This document shows, one piece after another, positions 1 to 13,936 of a stretch of DNA of 64,000 bases. Source of the DNA: Eledone cirrhosa (taxonomy: Eukaryota); assembly GCA_964016885.1 (NCBI GenBank), contig OZ024764.1:29264001-29328000 (forward strand), written 5' to 3'. A program made the translations under genes and the position numbers. The notes below the pieces were generated by a model, which saw nothing but the letters and a program-made list of their open reading frames with translations, was not told the DNA's origin and searched no databases. Each line of letters begins with the position of its first letter. The stretch's first letter is position 1.

Positions 1-128
1 TGAGCATGACAGACAGACAACACTCTTGTTATAATATAGATTATGGTCATATATTTTATTGCAAATAATTGGGGGTCTTATACACAAGTACAGTTTATAC
101 CTCATTGTTTATATATCTATATTTGCAG

Positions 129-278
129 TTCAGTTAGTATTGCCACTTGGATGGTACCCTTGCTTTATGCCGGACATGTGTCCACTGTGGTGTGGGTAAA
201 GCCACCATGGGCTCAGCAGATTGATGATGGCACATACATGTTCTGGGTCGGGGAGTGCCGTACCTCTGGATACATCAG
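129..278 (+). CDS. C5orf22: C5orf22/UPF0489 homologue, internal exon (gene starts upstream of the window)
   Basis: ttgcag| acceptor and |gtatgg donor. Encodes SVSIATWMVPLLYAGHVSTVVWVKPPWAQQIDDG, matching the UPF0489 motif SIxxWxxPxxYAGH...WxxPxWAQQI. Phase 2 to 2. Confidence 0.9.
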
Positions 279-408
279 GTATGGTGTTACTATTCACCGA
301 GCTTCCTTTTTCATTGCTTTGTCAAATACATCACCATCATCATCTTTGTCAGACACATCACCATTTTTGTCAAACGTCGCCGTCTCCGTCAAACATATCA
401 CCACAGAT

Positions 409-1253
409 GTACTAGGTGTATATTATCATGACACCAACACTACCACTTTACAGAGTGTACTGGGTGTGTTTTACCATGACACCAGCACTACCACTTTACA
501 GAGTGTACTGGGTGTGTTTTATCATGGCACCAGCACTACCACTTTACAGAGTGTACTGGGTGTATTTTATCATGACACTAGCATCACCAATTTACAGAGT
601 GTACTGGGTGTGTTTTACCATGACACCAGCACTACCACTTTACAGAGTGTACTGGGTGTGTTTTATCATGGCACCAGCACTACCACTTTACAGAGTGTAC
701 TGGGTGTATTTTATCATGACACCAGCACTACCACTTTACAGAGTGTACTGGGTGTATTTTATCACGACACTAGCATCACCACTTTACAGAGTGTACTGGG
801 TGTGTTTTACCATGACACCAGCACTACCACTTTACAGAGTGTACTGGGTGTGTTTTATCATGGCACCAGCACTACCACTTTACAGAGTGTACTGGGTGTA
901 TTTTATCACGACACTAGCATCACCACTTTACAGAGTGTACTGGGTGTATTTTATCATGACACCAGCACTACCACTTTACAGAGTGTACTGGGTGTATTTT
1001 ATCATGACACTAGCATCACCACTTTACAGAGTGTACTGGGTGTATTTTATCATGACACTAGCATCCCCACTTTACAGAGTGTACTGGGTGTATTACATCA
1101 TGACGCCAGCACTACCACTTTACAGAGTGTACTGGGTGTATTTTACCATGACACCAGCACTAAGATTTTACAGAGTGTACTGGGTGTATTACATCATGAC
1201 GCCAGCACTACCACTTTACAGAGTGTACTGGGTGTATTTTATCATGACACTAA
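409..1253. repeat. 48-bp minisatellite, about 17 copies, SINE-derived
   Basis: Unit gtactgggtgtattttatcatgacaccagcactaccactttacagagt, in a C5orf22 intron. Confidence 0.95.
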
Positions 1254-1310
1254 TATTTTACATGACATTTATGTTAATAAAAGACTGAAATGTTTACATA
1301 TATGTTGCAG

Positions 1311-1543
1311 GTTGAGTTGTAAGATCAACTATTTTCTTAGTGAGGGCCTCTATGCCCCTCAGGAAGAGCTGGTCAACAAAAGAAAGGTTACCTTAATCAC
1401 AGTCACACTTCAACCCTCAACAACAAATGCACCACAACACTCCACTGCAAGCAGCTGCACACTCCCTTATTCCAAGGAAGCAGCAACAGAAACAACAACA
1501 TCAGACCTGTCACATATGACAACTGTTGAACATTTTTCAGATG
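1311..1543 (+). CDS. C5orf22: C5orf22 homologue exon
   Basis: ttgcag| acceptor and |gtaagc donor. Encodes LSCKINYFLSEGLYAPQEELVN (UPF0489 YFLSxGLY motif). Phase 2 to 1, consistent with neighbours. Confidence 0.9.
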
Positions 1544-1554
1544 GTAAGCACTAT

Positions 1555-4500
1555 TTAATCCTTTACCATTTACATTACTCTATATATACTATTGTATTTT
1601 CACAGTAAAGGCTTTACCTCACATAATATCTCACATAACATTTACATTACTCTATATATACTATTGTATTTTCACAGTAAAGGCTTTACCTCACATAATA
1701 TCTCACATAACATTTACATTACTCTATATATACTATTGTATTGTCACAGTAAAGGCTTTACCTCACATAATATCTCACATAACATTTACATTACTCTATA
1801 TATACTATTGTATTGTCACAGTAAAGGCTTTACCTCACATAATATCTCACATAACATTTACATTACTCTATATATACTATTGTATTTTCACAGTAAAGGC
1901 TTTACCTCACATAATATCTCACATAACATTTACATTACTCTATATATACTATTGTATTGTCACAGTAGAGGCTTTACCTCACATAATATCTCACATAACA
2001 TTTACATTACTCTATATATACTATTGTATTTTCACAGTAAAGGCTTTACCTCACATAATACCTCACATAACATTTACATTACTCTATATATACTATTGTA
2101 TTGTCACAGTAGAGGCTTTACCTCACATAATATCTCACATAATATTTACATCACTCTATATATACTATTGTATTTTCACAGTAAAGGCTTTACCTCACAT
2201 AATATCTCACATAACATTTACATTACTCTATATATACTATTGTATTGTCACAGTAAAGGCTTTACCTCACATAATATCTCACATAACATTTACATTACTC
2301 TATATATACTATTGTATTGTCACAGTAAAGGCTTTACCTCACATAATATCTCACATAACATTTACATTACTCTATATATACTATTGTATTTTCACAGTAA
2401 AGGCTTTACCTCACATAATATCTCACATAACATTTACATTACTCTATATATACTATTGTATTGTCACAGTAGAGGCTTTACCTCACATAATATCTCACAT
2501 AACATTTACATTACTCTATATATACTATTGTATTTTCACAGTAAAGGCTTTACCTCACATAATACCTCACATAACATTTACATTACTCTATATATACTAT
2601 TGTATTGTCACAGTAAAGGCTTTACCTCACATAATATCTCACATAACATTTACATTACTCTATATATACTATTGTATTGTCACAGTAAAGGCTTTACCTC
2701 ACATAATATCTCACATAACATTTACATTACTCTATATATACTATTGTATTGTCACAGTAAAGGCTTTACCTCACATAATATCTCACATAACATTTACATT
2801 ACTCTATATATACTATTGTATTGTCACAGTAAAGGCTTTACCTCACATAATATCTCACATAACATTTACATTACTCTATATATACTATTGTATTGTCACA
2901 GTAAAGGCTTTACCTCACATAATATCTCACATAACATTTACATTACTCTATATATACTATTGTATTGTCACAGTAAAGGCTTTACCTCACATAATATCTC
3001 ACATAACATTTACATTACTCTATATATACTATTGTATTGTCACAGTAAAGGCTTTACCTCACATAATATCTCACATAACATTTACATTACTCTATATATA
3101 CTATTGTATTGTCACAGTAAAGGCTTTACCTCACATAATATCTCACATAACATTTACATTACTCTATATATACTATTGTATTGTCACAGTAAAGGCTTTA
3201 CCTCACATAATATCTCACATAACATTTACATTACTCTATATATACTATTGTATTGTCACAGTAAAGGCTTTACCTCACATAATATCTCACATAACATTTA
3301 CATTACTCTATATATACTATTGTATTGTCACAGTAAAGGCTTTACCTCACATAATATCTCACATAACATTTACATTACTCTATATATACTATTGTATTGT
3401 CACAGTAAAGGCTTTACCTCACATAATATCTCACATAACATTTACATTACTCTATATATACTATTGTATTGTCACAGTAAAGGCTTTACCTCACATAACA
3501 TTTACATTACTCTATATATACTATTGTATTGTCACAGTAAAGGCTTTACCTCACATAATATCTCACATAACATTTACATTACTCTATATATACTATTGTA
3601 TTGTCACAGTAAAGGCTTTACCTCACATAATATCTCGCATAACATTTACATTACTCTATATATACTATTGTATTGTCACAGTAAAGGCTTTACCTCACAT
3701 AATATCTCACATAACATTTACATTACTCTATATATACTATTGTATTGTCACAGTAAAGGCTTTACCTCACATAATATCTCACATAACATTTACATTACTC
3801 TATATATACTATTGTATTGTCACAGTAAAGGCTTTACCTCACATAATATCTCACATAACATTTACATTACTCTGTATATACTATTGTATTGTCACAGTAA
3901 AGGCTTTACCTCACATAATATCTCACATAACATTTACATTACTCTGTAGAAACTATTGTATTGTCACAGTAAAGGCTTTACCTCACATAATATCTCGCAT
4001 AACATTTACATTACTCTATATATACTATTGTATTGTCACAGTAAAGGCTTTACCTCACATAATATCTCACATAACATTTACATTACTCTATATATACTAT
4101 TGTATTGTCACAGTAGAGGCTTTACCTCACATAATATCTCACATAACATTTACATTACTCTATATATACTATTGTATTGTCACAGTAGAGGCTTTACCTC
4201 ACATAATATCTCACATAACATTTACATTACTCTATATATACTATTGTATTGTCACAGTAGAGGCTTTACCTCACATAATATCTCACATAACATTTACATT
4301 ACTCTATATATACTATTGTATTGTCACAGTAGAGGCTTTACCTCACATAATATCTCATATAACATTTACATTACTCTATATATACTATTGTATTTTCACA
4401 GTAAAGGCTTTACCTCACATAATATCTCACATAACATTTACATTACTCTATATATACTATTGTATTTTCACAGTAAAGGCTTTACCTCACATAATATCTC

Positions 4501-5001
4501 ACATAACATTTACATTACTCTATATATACTATTGTATTTTCACAGTAAAGGCTTTACCTCACATAATATCTCACATAACATTTACATTACTCTCTATATA
4601 CTATTGTATTGTCACAGTAGAGGCTTTACCTCACATAATATCTCACATAACATTTACATTACTCTATATATACTATTGTATTTTCACAGTAAAGGTTTTA
4701 CCTCACATAATATCTCACATAACATTTACATTACTCTATATATACTATTGTATTTTCACAGTAAAGGCTTTACCTCACATAATATCTCACATAACATTTA
4801 CATTACTCTATATATACTATTGTATTTTCACAGTAAAGGCTTTACCTCACATAATTATCTCACATAATATCGAATCTACGAGATTTTGATGTTATCTATT
4901 TTGATAATAATACCTTAATGTCAGTATAGGTGGCCAGTTACGGACAGTTTAAATAGAAAGAGGTGAGAGAATTCTGGCCGGTTTAAATGCTAAAGGGTTA
5001 A
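1555..5001 (+). mobile_element. piggyBac-like MITE containing about 46 copies of a 72-bp unit
   Basis: Left end TTAA-tcctttaccattta, right end taaatgctaaaggg-TTAA. The 72-bp array runs 1561-4866 and is followed by about 130 bp of unique element body. Confidence 0.75.
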
Positions 5002-5336
5002 CCCTTTTGTTACCAAATTTCTAATGAAAAACACTCTATTTCATTGAATTAATGAAGAATTTTAAGGGATTTACAAAAAATTATTAACTATTTCATATTT
5101 AAATAGTAACTTAATGTAAAAGAATGACCAAGAAATTTCCCCTCCGAGGCACAAATCTGGGCAAGGTTGTTTGTAGAAGACCAGTAGTTGCCCATGTATA
5201 CCAGTTTCCCCTCTCCACACCACCGATGTTGTCCAAGGGAAAGGCAATGGCTGATATAGTTTGGTATAAGTGATGTGACAAGTATATATATTATATATAA
5301 TGACATTTAGTATACACTATATATTTCCATTTTTAG

Positions 5337-5992
5337 GTTGCCACAATTTAAGACAGGCACCAGCTGGGGACCAACACTCTCAAAACCACCATCAACACCA
5401 AACAATGACCATCACAGGCCCAGCACTGGTCAAAAGTGAACTCGAAGGACCTTCACCTGTAAAAAAACCTCGTTCTTTGTCGTCTTTGGTTTCGAATCAA
5501 GTTGAGAAAGACTTGATAGAGGGGGACTCGACAAAGGTGCACTCAACTGACTCAGTGAGAGAGACCTCGACAAAGGTGGACTCGACAAAGGTGCACTCAA
5601 CTGACTCAGTGAGGGAGAACTCGACAAAGGTGCACTCAACTGACTCAGTGAGGGAGAACTCGACAGAAGTGGACTCAATAAAGGAGAACTCAGGGGGAGC
5701 AAAGTTGATGAAGGAAAACTTGAAAAAAGATCTTAATTCTTTATCATCTGACACCATCGGACTTACAAGCGAGACGGTCAAGTACACGGTCACAAAAGAT
5801 CTGCGTTTGTGTTTGGAACGTGTGATTTCTTCCATCGGGGATATCCAAAATCTCGAAGAAGGCTTCATCTTGGATATTGATCTGGATTTCTATTCCACAA
5901 AGAATCCTTTTCTGGAGATGTTTTCCAAGAGTCAGTATCGAATGTTGAAGGAATTGTACCACTTCACAGAACCTAAACAGCCTTCAAATGAG
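5337..5992 (+). CDS. C5orf22: C5orf22 homologue exon with low-complexity linker and DIDLDF motif
   Basis: ttttag| acceptor and |gtaaca donor. Encodes [17 protein letters not shown], the hallmark UPF0489 motif. Phase 1 to 0. Confidence 0.92.
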
Positions 5993-6059
5993 GTAACACT
6001 ATAAATCTGTCTATTTATCTATCTATATTTATACACACATATACATATATATATATATC

Positions 6060-6425
6060 ATCAACATCATTTTATGTCCGCTTTTCCCTGCTTGCAAGGG
6101 TGGGACGGGTCCTATTCAGCACAGCATCTCTCCACTTGTCACGGTCCTTCGTCATCTCCACCATGAGCTTAAGCGATCTGAAGTCTGCTCTCACAACCTC
6201 CGCCCATGTTTTTCGTGTTCTACCTCTACTCCGTCTTCCTTCTACTGGGATTTCTTGGCACTTCTTTACCCAGCGGTCATCCTCCATACGCATCACATGT
6301 CCATACCATCGCAGTCTTCTCTCCTGCACACTACAACTTATCCCTCTTATACAGTTTCTCTCTCACAACCTCTGCTCATGTTTTTCGTGGTCTACCTCTA
6401 CTGCGTCTTCCTTCTACCGGGACTT
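6060..6425 (-). mobile_element. RTE-clade LINE 3' end
   Basis: RRLRWYGHVMRM...RGRTRKTW...DRDKWR is the typical RTE ORF C-terminus, followed by a short (GAT)n-like tail. Confidence 0.85.
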
Positions 6426-6888
6426 TCGGTGTAATGTGGCCGTGTAGGAGACACGGTAAAAAGTTCCCAGTCCACACTGTAAATGTGGTTGGTGTTAGGA
6501 AGGGCATCCAACCGTAGAAAACCTGCCAGATAGTCTTATATAAGCGAGACACGGTCACCTGACCAATCTTGCTTCAAGTGGGACAACTCCCGTCTAACCC
6601 ATGCTAGCGTGGAAGATAGACGTTAAACAACAATGATGATGATGATGATATATATATATAAACATAGAAACAGATTCAGAGATCCACATATAACATATAC
6701 ACACACACATATATATACACATACACACACACATATATATATACACACACACATATATATATATGTATACACACACACACGTATATATATATATACACAC
6801 ACACACACACGTATATATATATATATATACACACACACACGTATATATATATACACACATATATATATATACACACATATATATATAT

Positions 6889-6933
<45 letters not shown>

Positions 6934-6951
6934 TGTGTTTGACCCTTTCAG

Positions 6952-7061
6952 GCTGTTAAAGAGTGTGTAGAAAGAAGAATTAAACAACTACAAGAGCTGG
7001 AAAGGATATTCCAAAAGCTTGATAGAGACCCTGGAACCGAGGTGGACAAATCCTTCCCGAG
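6952..7061 (+). CDS. C5orf22: C5orf22 homologue exon
   Basis: ctttcag| acceptor and |gtaaca donor. Encodes [23 protein letters not shown]. Phase 0 to 2. Missed by the ORF track. Confidence 0.85.
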
Positions 7062-7159
7062 GTAACATATCACATCTTTTATCTTAACATTTATATCTGT
7101 ATATTTGTGTGTGTATGTGTATGTGTTTGTCTGTGTGTTATGAATAGAACCTATAGTAT

Positions 7160-8828
7160 TGACTGATGCCTGATGTAACTGGTATACAGCCTGTCCCCAT
7201 CCTATCAATAGATCACAAACTGTTGACTGATGTTTGATATAACCTGGTATACAGGTCCCCTGTCTATCAATAGATCACAAACTGTTGACTGATGTTTGAT
7301 ATAACCTGGTATACAGGTCCCCTGTCTATCAATAGATCACATACTGTTGACTAATGTTTGATATAACCTGGTATACAGGTCCCCTGTCTATCAATAGATC
7401 ACATATTGTTGACTAATGTTTGATATAACCTGGTATACAGGTCCCCTGTCTATCAATAGATCACACACTGTTGACTAATGTTTGATGTAACCTGGTATAC
7501 AGGTCCCCTGTCTATCAATAGATCACACACTGTTGACTAATGTTTGATATAACCTGGTATACAGGTCCCCTGTCTATCAATAGATCACACACTGTTGACT
7601 AATGTTTGATGTAACCTGGTATACAGGTCCCCTGTCTATCAATAGATCACACACTGTTGACTAATGTTTGATATAACCTGGTATACAGGTCCCCTGTCTA
7701 TCAATAGATCACACACTGTTGACTAATGTTTGATATAACCTGGTATACAGGTCCCCTGTCTATCAATAGATCACATACTGTTGACTAATGTTTGATATAA
7801 CCTGGTATACAGGTCCCCTGTCTATCAATAGATCACATACTGTTGACTAATGTTTGATGTAACCTTGTATATAGGTTCCCTGTCTATCAATAGATCACAT
7901 ACTGTTGACTAATGTTTGATATAACCTGGTATACAGGTCCCGTCTATCAATAGATCACAAACTGTTGACTAATGTTTGATATAACCTGGTATACAGGTCC
8001 CCTGTCTATCAATAGATCACATATTGTTGACTAATGTTTGATATAACCTGGTATACAGGTCCCCTGTCTATCAATAGATCACATACTGTTGACTAATGTT
8101 TGATATAACCTGGTATACAGGTCCCATCTATCAATAGATCACAAACTGTTGACTAATGTTTGATATAACCTGGTATACAGGTCCCCTGTCTATCAATAGA
8201 TCACATACTGTTGACTAATGTTTGATATAACCTGGTATACAGGTCCCATCTATCAATAGATCACAAACTGTTGACTAATGTTTGATATAACCTGGTATAC
8301 AGGTCCCCTGTCTATCAATAGATCACATACTGTTGACTAATGTTTGATATAACCTGGTATACAGGTCCCCTGTCTATCAATAGATCACAAACTGTTGACT
8401 AATGTTTGATATAACCTGGTATACAGGTCCCCTGTCTATCAATAGATCACAAACTGTTGACTAATGTTTGATATAACCTGGTATACAGATCCCCTGTCTA
8501 TCAATAGATCACACACTGTTGACTAATGTTTGATATAACCTGGTATACAGGTCCCCTGTCTATCAATAGATCACATACTGTTGACTAATGTTTGATGTAA
8601 CCTTGTATACAGGTCCCCTGTCTATCAATAGATCACATACTGTTGACTAATGTTTGATATAACCTGGTATATAGGTCCCGTCTATCAATAGATCACATAC
8701 TGTTGACTAATGTTTGATATAACCTGGTATACAGGTCCCCTGTCTATCAATAGATCACATACTGTTGACTGATGCTTGATGTAAACTGGTATACATCCGC
8801 TCACACACACCCTATCTATCAATAGATG
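7160..8828. repeat. 62-bp minisatellite, about 27 copies
   Basis: Unit ctatcaatagatcacatactgttgactaatgtttgatataacctggtatacaggtcccctgt. Confidence 0.95.
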
Positions 8829-9081
8829 TGTTGATTGCTGAAATCTGCCATACAGACCTTCAGCCTTTCATAACATCATGTAGTGTACATACATACACTT
8901 CCACACACATACATACACACACACCTCCATATACATACATATACTTCCATATACATACATTCTCCTCACTCATAAATACTTCCACACCTCCACATGTTCC
9001 ATCTCTCTTATACTCACATGTCAACCAACAACACAGATTCAGTACAATATCTTGTTTACCTGTCTGTCTATTTGTCTGCAG

Positions 9082-9291
9082 GAGGAATCTGCTTCTGCAT
9101 CTGGTGCACAGCTTGCAAGAAACTACACCAGGACAACTGGACTTCCTTCTACTGCACGATGCTGGCTGCACATGTGATGACACCGAACTTCCGCACCACG
9201 TGAGCTCTGCAGTACAGATAGACCAGTTGATTGAGTGCACCGGTGCCTTTTTGTCTCAATTACCGAAACCCAAACTAGTCACAATTGCGAG
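9082..9291 (+). CDS. C5orf22: C5orf22 homologue exon
   Basis: ctgcag| acceptor and |gtatgt donor. Encodes LHDAGCTCDDTELPHHVS...LPKPKLVTIAR, conserved UPF0489 motifs. Phase 2 to 2. Confidence 0.92.
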
Positions 9292-9299
9292 GTATGTGA

Positions 9300-11058
9300 T
9301 TAACCCTTTAACATTTACATTACTCTATATATACTATTGTATTGTCACAGTAAAGGCTTTACCTCACATAACATTTACATTACTCTATATATACTATTGT
9401 ATTGTCACAGTAAAGGCTTTACCTCACATAACATTTACATTACTCTATATATACTATTGTATTTTCACAGTAAAGGCTTTACCTCACATAATATCTCACA
9501 TAACATTTACATTACTCTATATATACTATTGTATTGTCACAGTAAAGGCTTTACCTCACATAACATTTACATTACTCTATATATACTATTGTATTGTCAC
9601 AGTAAAGGCTTTACCTCACATAATACCTCACATAACATTTACATTACTCTATATATACTATTGTATTTTCACAGTAAAGTCTTTACCTCACATAATACCT
9701 CACATAACATTTACATTACTCTATATATACTATTGTATTTTCACAGTAAAGGCTTTACCTCACATAACATTTACATTACTCTATATATACTATTGTATTG
9801 TCACAGTAAAGGCTTTACCTCACATAATATCTCACACAACATTTACATTACTCTATATATACTATTGTATTGTCACAGTAAAGGCTTTACCTCACATAAT
9901 ATCTCACACATTTACATTACTCTATATATACTATTGTATTGTCACAGTAAAGGCTTTACCTCACATAATATCTCACACAACATTTACATTACTCTATATA
10001 TACTATTGTATTGTCACAGTAAAGGCTTTACCTCACATAATATCTCACACAACATTTACATTACTCTATATATACTATTATATTGTCACAGTAAAGGCTT
10101 TACCTCATATAATATCTCACACAACATTTACATTACTCTATATATACTATTGTATTGTCACAGTAAAGGCTTTACCTCACATAATATCTCACACAACATT
10201 TACATTACTCTATATATACTATTGTATTGTCACAGTAAAGGCTTTACCTCACATAATATCTCACACAACATTTACATTACTCTATATATACTATTGTATT
10301 TTCACAGTAAAGGCTTTACCTCACATAATATCTCACACAACATTTACATTACTCTATATATACTATTGTATTGTCACAGTAAAGGCTTTACCTCACATAA
10401 CATTTACATTACTCTATATATACTATTGTATTTTCACAGTAAAGGCTTTACCTCACATAATATCTCACATAACATTTACATTACTCTATATATACTATTG
10501 TATTTTCACAGTAAAGTCTTTACCTCACATAACATTTACATTACTCTATATATACTATTGCATTGTCACAGTAAAGGCTTTACCTCACATAACATTTACA
10601 TTACTCTATATATACTATTGTATTGTCACAGTAAAGGCTTTACCTCACATAATACCTCACATAACATTTACATTACTCTATATATACTATTGTATTGTCA
10701 CAGTAAAGGCTTTACCTCACATAATACCTCACATAACATTTACATTACTCTATATATACTATTGTATTGTCACAGTAAAGGCTTTACCTCACATAATATC
10801 TCACATAACATTTACATTACTCTATATATACTATTGTATTGTCACAGTAAAGGCTTTACCTCACATAATACCTCACATAACATTTACATTACTCTATATA
10901 TACTATTGTATTTTCACAGTAAAGTCTTTACCTCACATAATACCTCACATAACATTTACATTACTCTATATATACTATTGTATTTTCACAGTAAAGGCTT
11001 TATCTCACATAATTATTCACATCAAATCTGAGATTTTTATGTTATTTACTTTGAAAAC
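9300..11058 (+). mobile_element. Same MITE, 3'-truncated, about 25 mixed 60/72-bp units
   Basis: Starts TTAA-ccctttaacattta, then the array, then the element body gatttttatgttatttactttga. Confidence 0.75.
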
Positions 11059-12447
11059 ATGACCACTTTACAGTGTGGGCTGGGGGCTTTTTGTTGCGAC
11101 ACCTACATAACCACTTTACAGTGAGTACTGGGTGCTTTTTGTCGTGACCCCTAGACGACTACATTACAGTGTGGACTGGGTACTTTTTGTTGTGACACCT
11201 ACATGATCACTTTACAGAGTGCACTGGGTGCTTTTTGTCATAACACCTACATGATCACTTTACAGAGTGCACTGGGTGCTTTTTGTCATAACACCTACAT
11301 GACTACTTTACAGTGTGGACTGGGTACTTTTTGTTGTGACACCTACATGACCACTTTACAGTGTGTACTGGGTGCTTTTTGTTGTGACACCTACATGACC
11401 ACTTTAAAGTGTGGGCTGGGGGCTTTTTGTTGTGACACCTACATGACCACTTTACAGTGTGTACTGGATGCTTTTTGTTGCGACACCTACATGACCACTT
11501 TACAGTGAGTACTGGGTGCTTTTTGTCGTGACCCCTAGACGACTACATTACAGTGTGGACTGGGTACTTTTTGTTGTGACACCTACATGATCACTTTACA
11601 GAGTGCACTGGGTGCTTTTTGTCATAACACCTACATGACTACTTTACAGTGTGGACTGGGTGCTTTTTGTTGTGACACCTACATGACTTCTTTACAGTGT
11701 GGACCGGGTACTTTTTGTTGTGACACCTACATGACCACTTTACAGTGTGTACTGGGTGCTTTTTGTTGTGACACCTACATGACCACTTTACAGTGTGGAC
11801 TGGTTACTTTTTGTTGCGACACCTACATGACCACTTTACAGTGTGGACTGGGTACTTTTTGTTGTGACACCTACATGACCACTTTACAGTGTGGACTGGG
11901 TACTTTTTGTTGTGATACCTACATACCACTTTACAGTGTGGACTGGGTACTTTTTGTTGTGATACCTACATACCACTTTACAGTGTGGACTGGGTACTTT
12001 TTGTTGTGATACCTACATACCACTTTACAGTGTGGACTGGGTACTTTTTGTTGTGACACCCACATGACCACTTTACAGTGTGGACTGGGTACTTCTTGTG
12101 ACACCTACATGACCACTTTACAGTGTGGACTGGGTACTTTTTGTTGTGACACCTACATGACCACTTTACAGTGTGGACTGGGTGCTTTTTGTTGACACCT
12201 ACATGACCACTTTACAGTGTGGACTGGGTACTTTTTGTTGTGACACCTACATGACCACTTTACAGTGTAGACTGGGTACTTTTTGTTGTGACACCTACAT
12301 GACCACTTTACAGTGTGAACTGGGTACTTTTTGTTGTGACACCTACATGACCACTTTACAGTGTGGACTGGGTACTTTTTGTTGTGACACCTACATGAGT
12401 ACTTTACAGTGTGGACTGAGGGCTTTTTGTCATGAGACCTACATGAC
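11058..12447. repeat. 48-bp minisatellite, about 29 copies, SINE-derived
   Basis: Unit gacacctacatgaccactttacagtgtggactgggtactttttgttgt, with an 8-unit (384 bp) block duplication visible. Confidence 0.95.
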
Positions 12448-12557
12448 ATATCTCTCGTTTGGCGCCCATCCTCTCATTAAAACACCCAAGAAACCCCCTA
12501 AAAAATGCAATGTTGTAGGAGGCCAGCTAAACTTACAAATTTTCTTTTCACTGCTAG

Positions 12558-12675
12558 GTCAGTATCTGACGAGTACTGTCCCCCAGAACAAGTGGAGGAG
12601 ATCCAGGAAGGAGTGGTGAGCCTATTGGGGAGTTGCTATGGCCAAACAACGCAGTTAGTGAGGAGCTATGAGTGA
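12558..12675 (+). CDS. C5orf22: C5orf22 homologue last coding exon
   Basis: tttcttttcactgctag| acceptor. Completes RSVSDEYCPPEQVEEIQEGVVSLLGSCYG...SYE*, matching the RSxxDxYCPxxQVxxIQ motif. TGA at 12673-12675. Confidence 0.9.
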
Positions 12676-13373
12676 AGGGAGTCAATCCGTTGGTTACACA
12701 CAGGGTTGTATACAAACATATATATATATATGTACACATACATATATATATATATGTACACATACATATATATACACACACACACACATAGATACACAAA
12801 CATATATACACATATATATATGCACACATATATATACACACACAAACATATATATATACATACATATATATATTCATATATATATACATATATATATACA
12901 CACACACACATATATACATATACACACACACACACATACATATATAAATACACACATATATACACTACACATCCACACACACACACACATAGATACACAA
13001 ACATATATACACACATATATATCCACACATACATATACACACAAACACGTATATATATATATATATACACACACAGAACAAGTGGAGGAGATCCAGGAAA
13101 GAGTGGTGAGCCTATTGGGGAGTTGCTATGGCCAAACAACGCAGTTAGTGAGGAGCTATGAGTGAAGGGAGTCAATCCGTTGGTTACACACAGGGTTGTA
13201 TACAAACATATATATATATATGTACACATACATATATATATATATGTACACATACATATATATACACACACACACACATAGATACACAAACATATATACA
13301 CATATATATATGCACACATATATACACACACACAAACATATATATATACATACATATATTCATATATATATAC

Positions 13374-13404
<31 letters not shown>

Positions 13405-13535
13405 TATATACATATACACACACACACACATATATATAAATACACATACATATATATACACTACACATCCACACACATATATCCACACATATATATACAC
13501 ACAAACACGTATATATATATATATACACACACACA
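12584..13535 (+). repeat. About 490-bp tandem duplication of the end of the C5orf22 last exon plus 3' UTR microsatellite
   Basis: cagaacaagtggaggagatccaggaa occurs at 12584 and 13074. Confidence 0.9.
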
Positions 13536-13900
13536 CAAACGCATATATATATACACACACACACAAACATACATATATATATTCATATATATATACATAT
13601 ATATATATATACACACACACACACATATATATACACACACATACATATATAAATACACACACATATATATACACATACACATATATACACTACACATCCA
13701 CATACACATATATACACTACACATCCACACATATATATATACACATCCACATACATACATACATATATAAATACACACACATATATATACACTACACATC
13801 CACACATCCACACATATATATATACACATCCAGACACATAGATACACAAACATATATACACACACATCCACACACATACATACATACATTGCTTAATGTA

Positions 13901-13906
13901 AATAAA
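13901..13906 (+). promoter_or_regulatory. Candidate poly(A) signal of C5orf22
   Basis: First AATAAA after the stop codon and the CA/TA-rich 3' UTR, followed by T/GT-rich sequence. Confidence 0.6.
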
Positions 13907-13930
13907 AACATTTCATTAAGAAAATATCAA

Positions 13931-13936
13931 TTTATT
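13931..13936 (-). promoter_or_regulatory. Candidate poly(A) signal of NOP9
   Basis: tttatt on + strand is AATAAA on - strand, about 190 nt into the putative terminal exon. Confidence 0.55.

Noticed and set aside
1592-4867. Long ORFs (785 aa and 303 aa) of HSKGFTSHNISHNIYITLYILLY repeats, and similar ORFs at 9337, 17341 and 30750-32229
   Set aside because: Translations of a 72-bp satellite lying inside GT-AG introns. The unit is a multiple of 3 and stop-free by chance.
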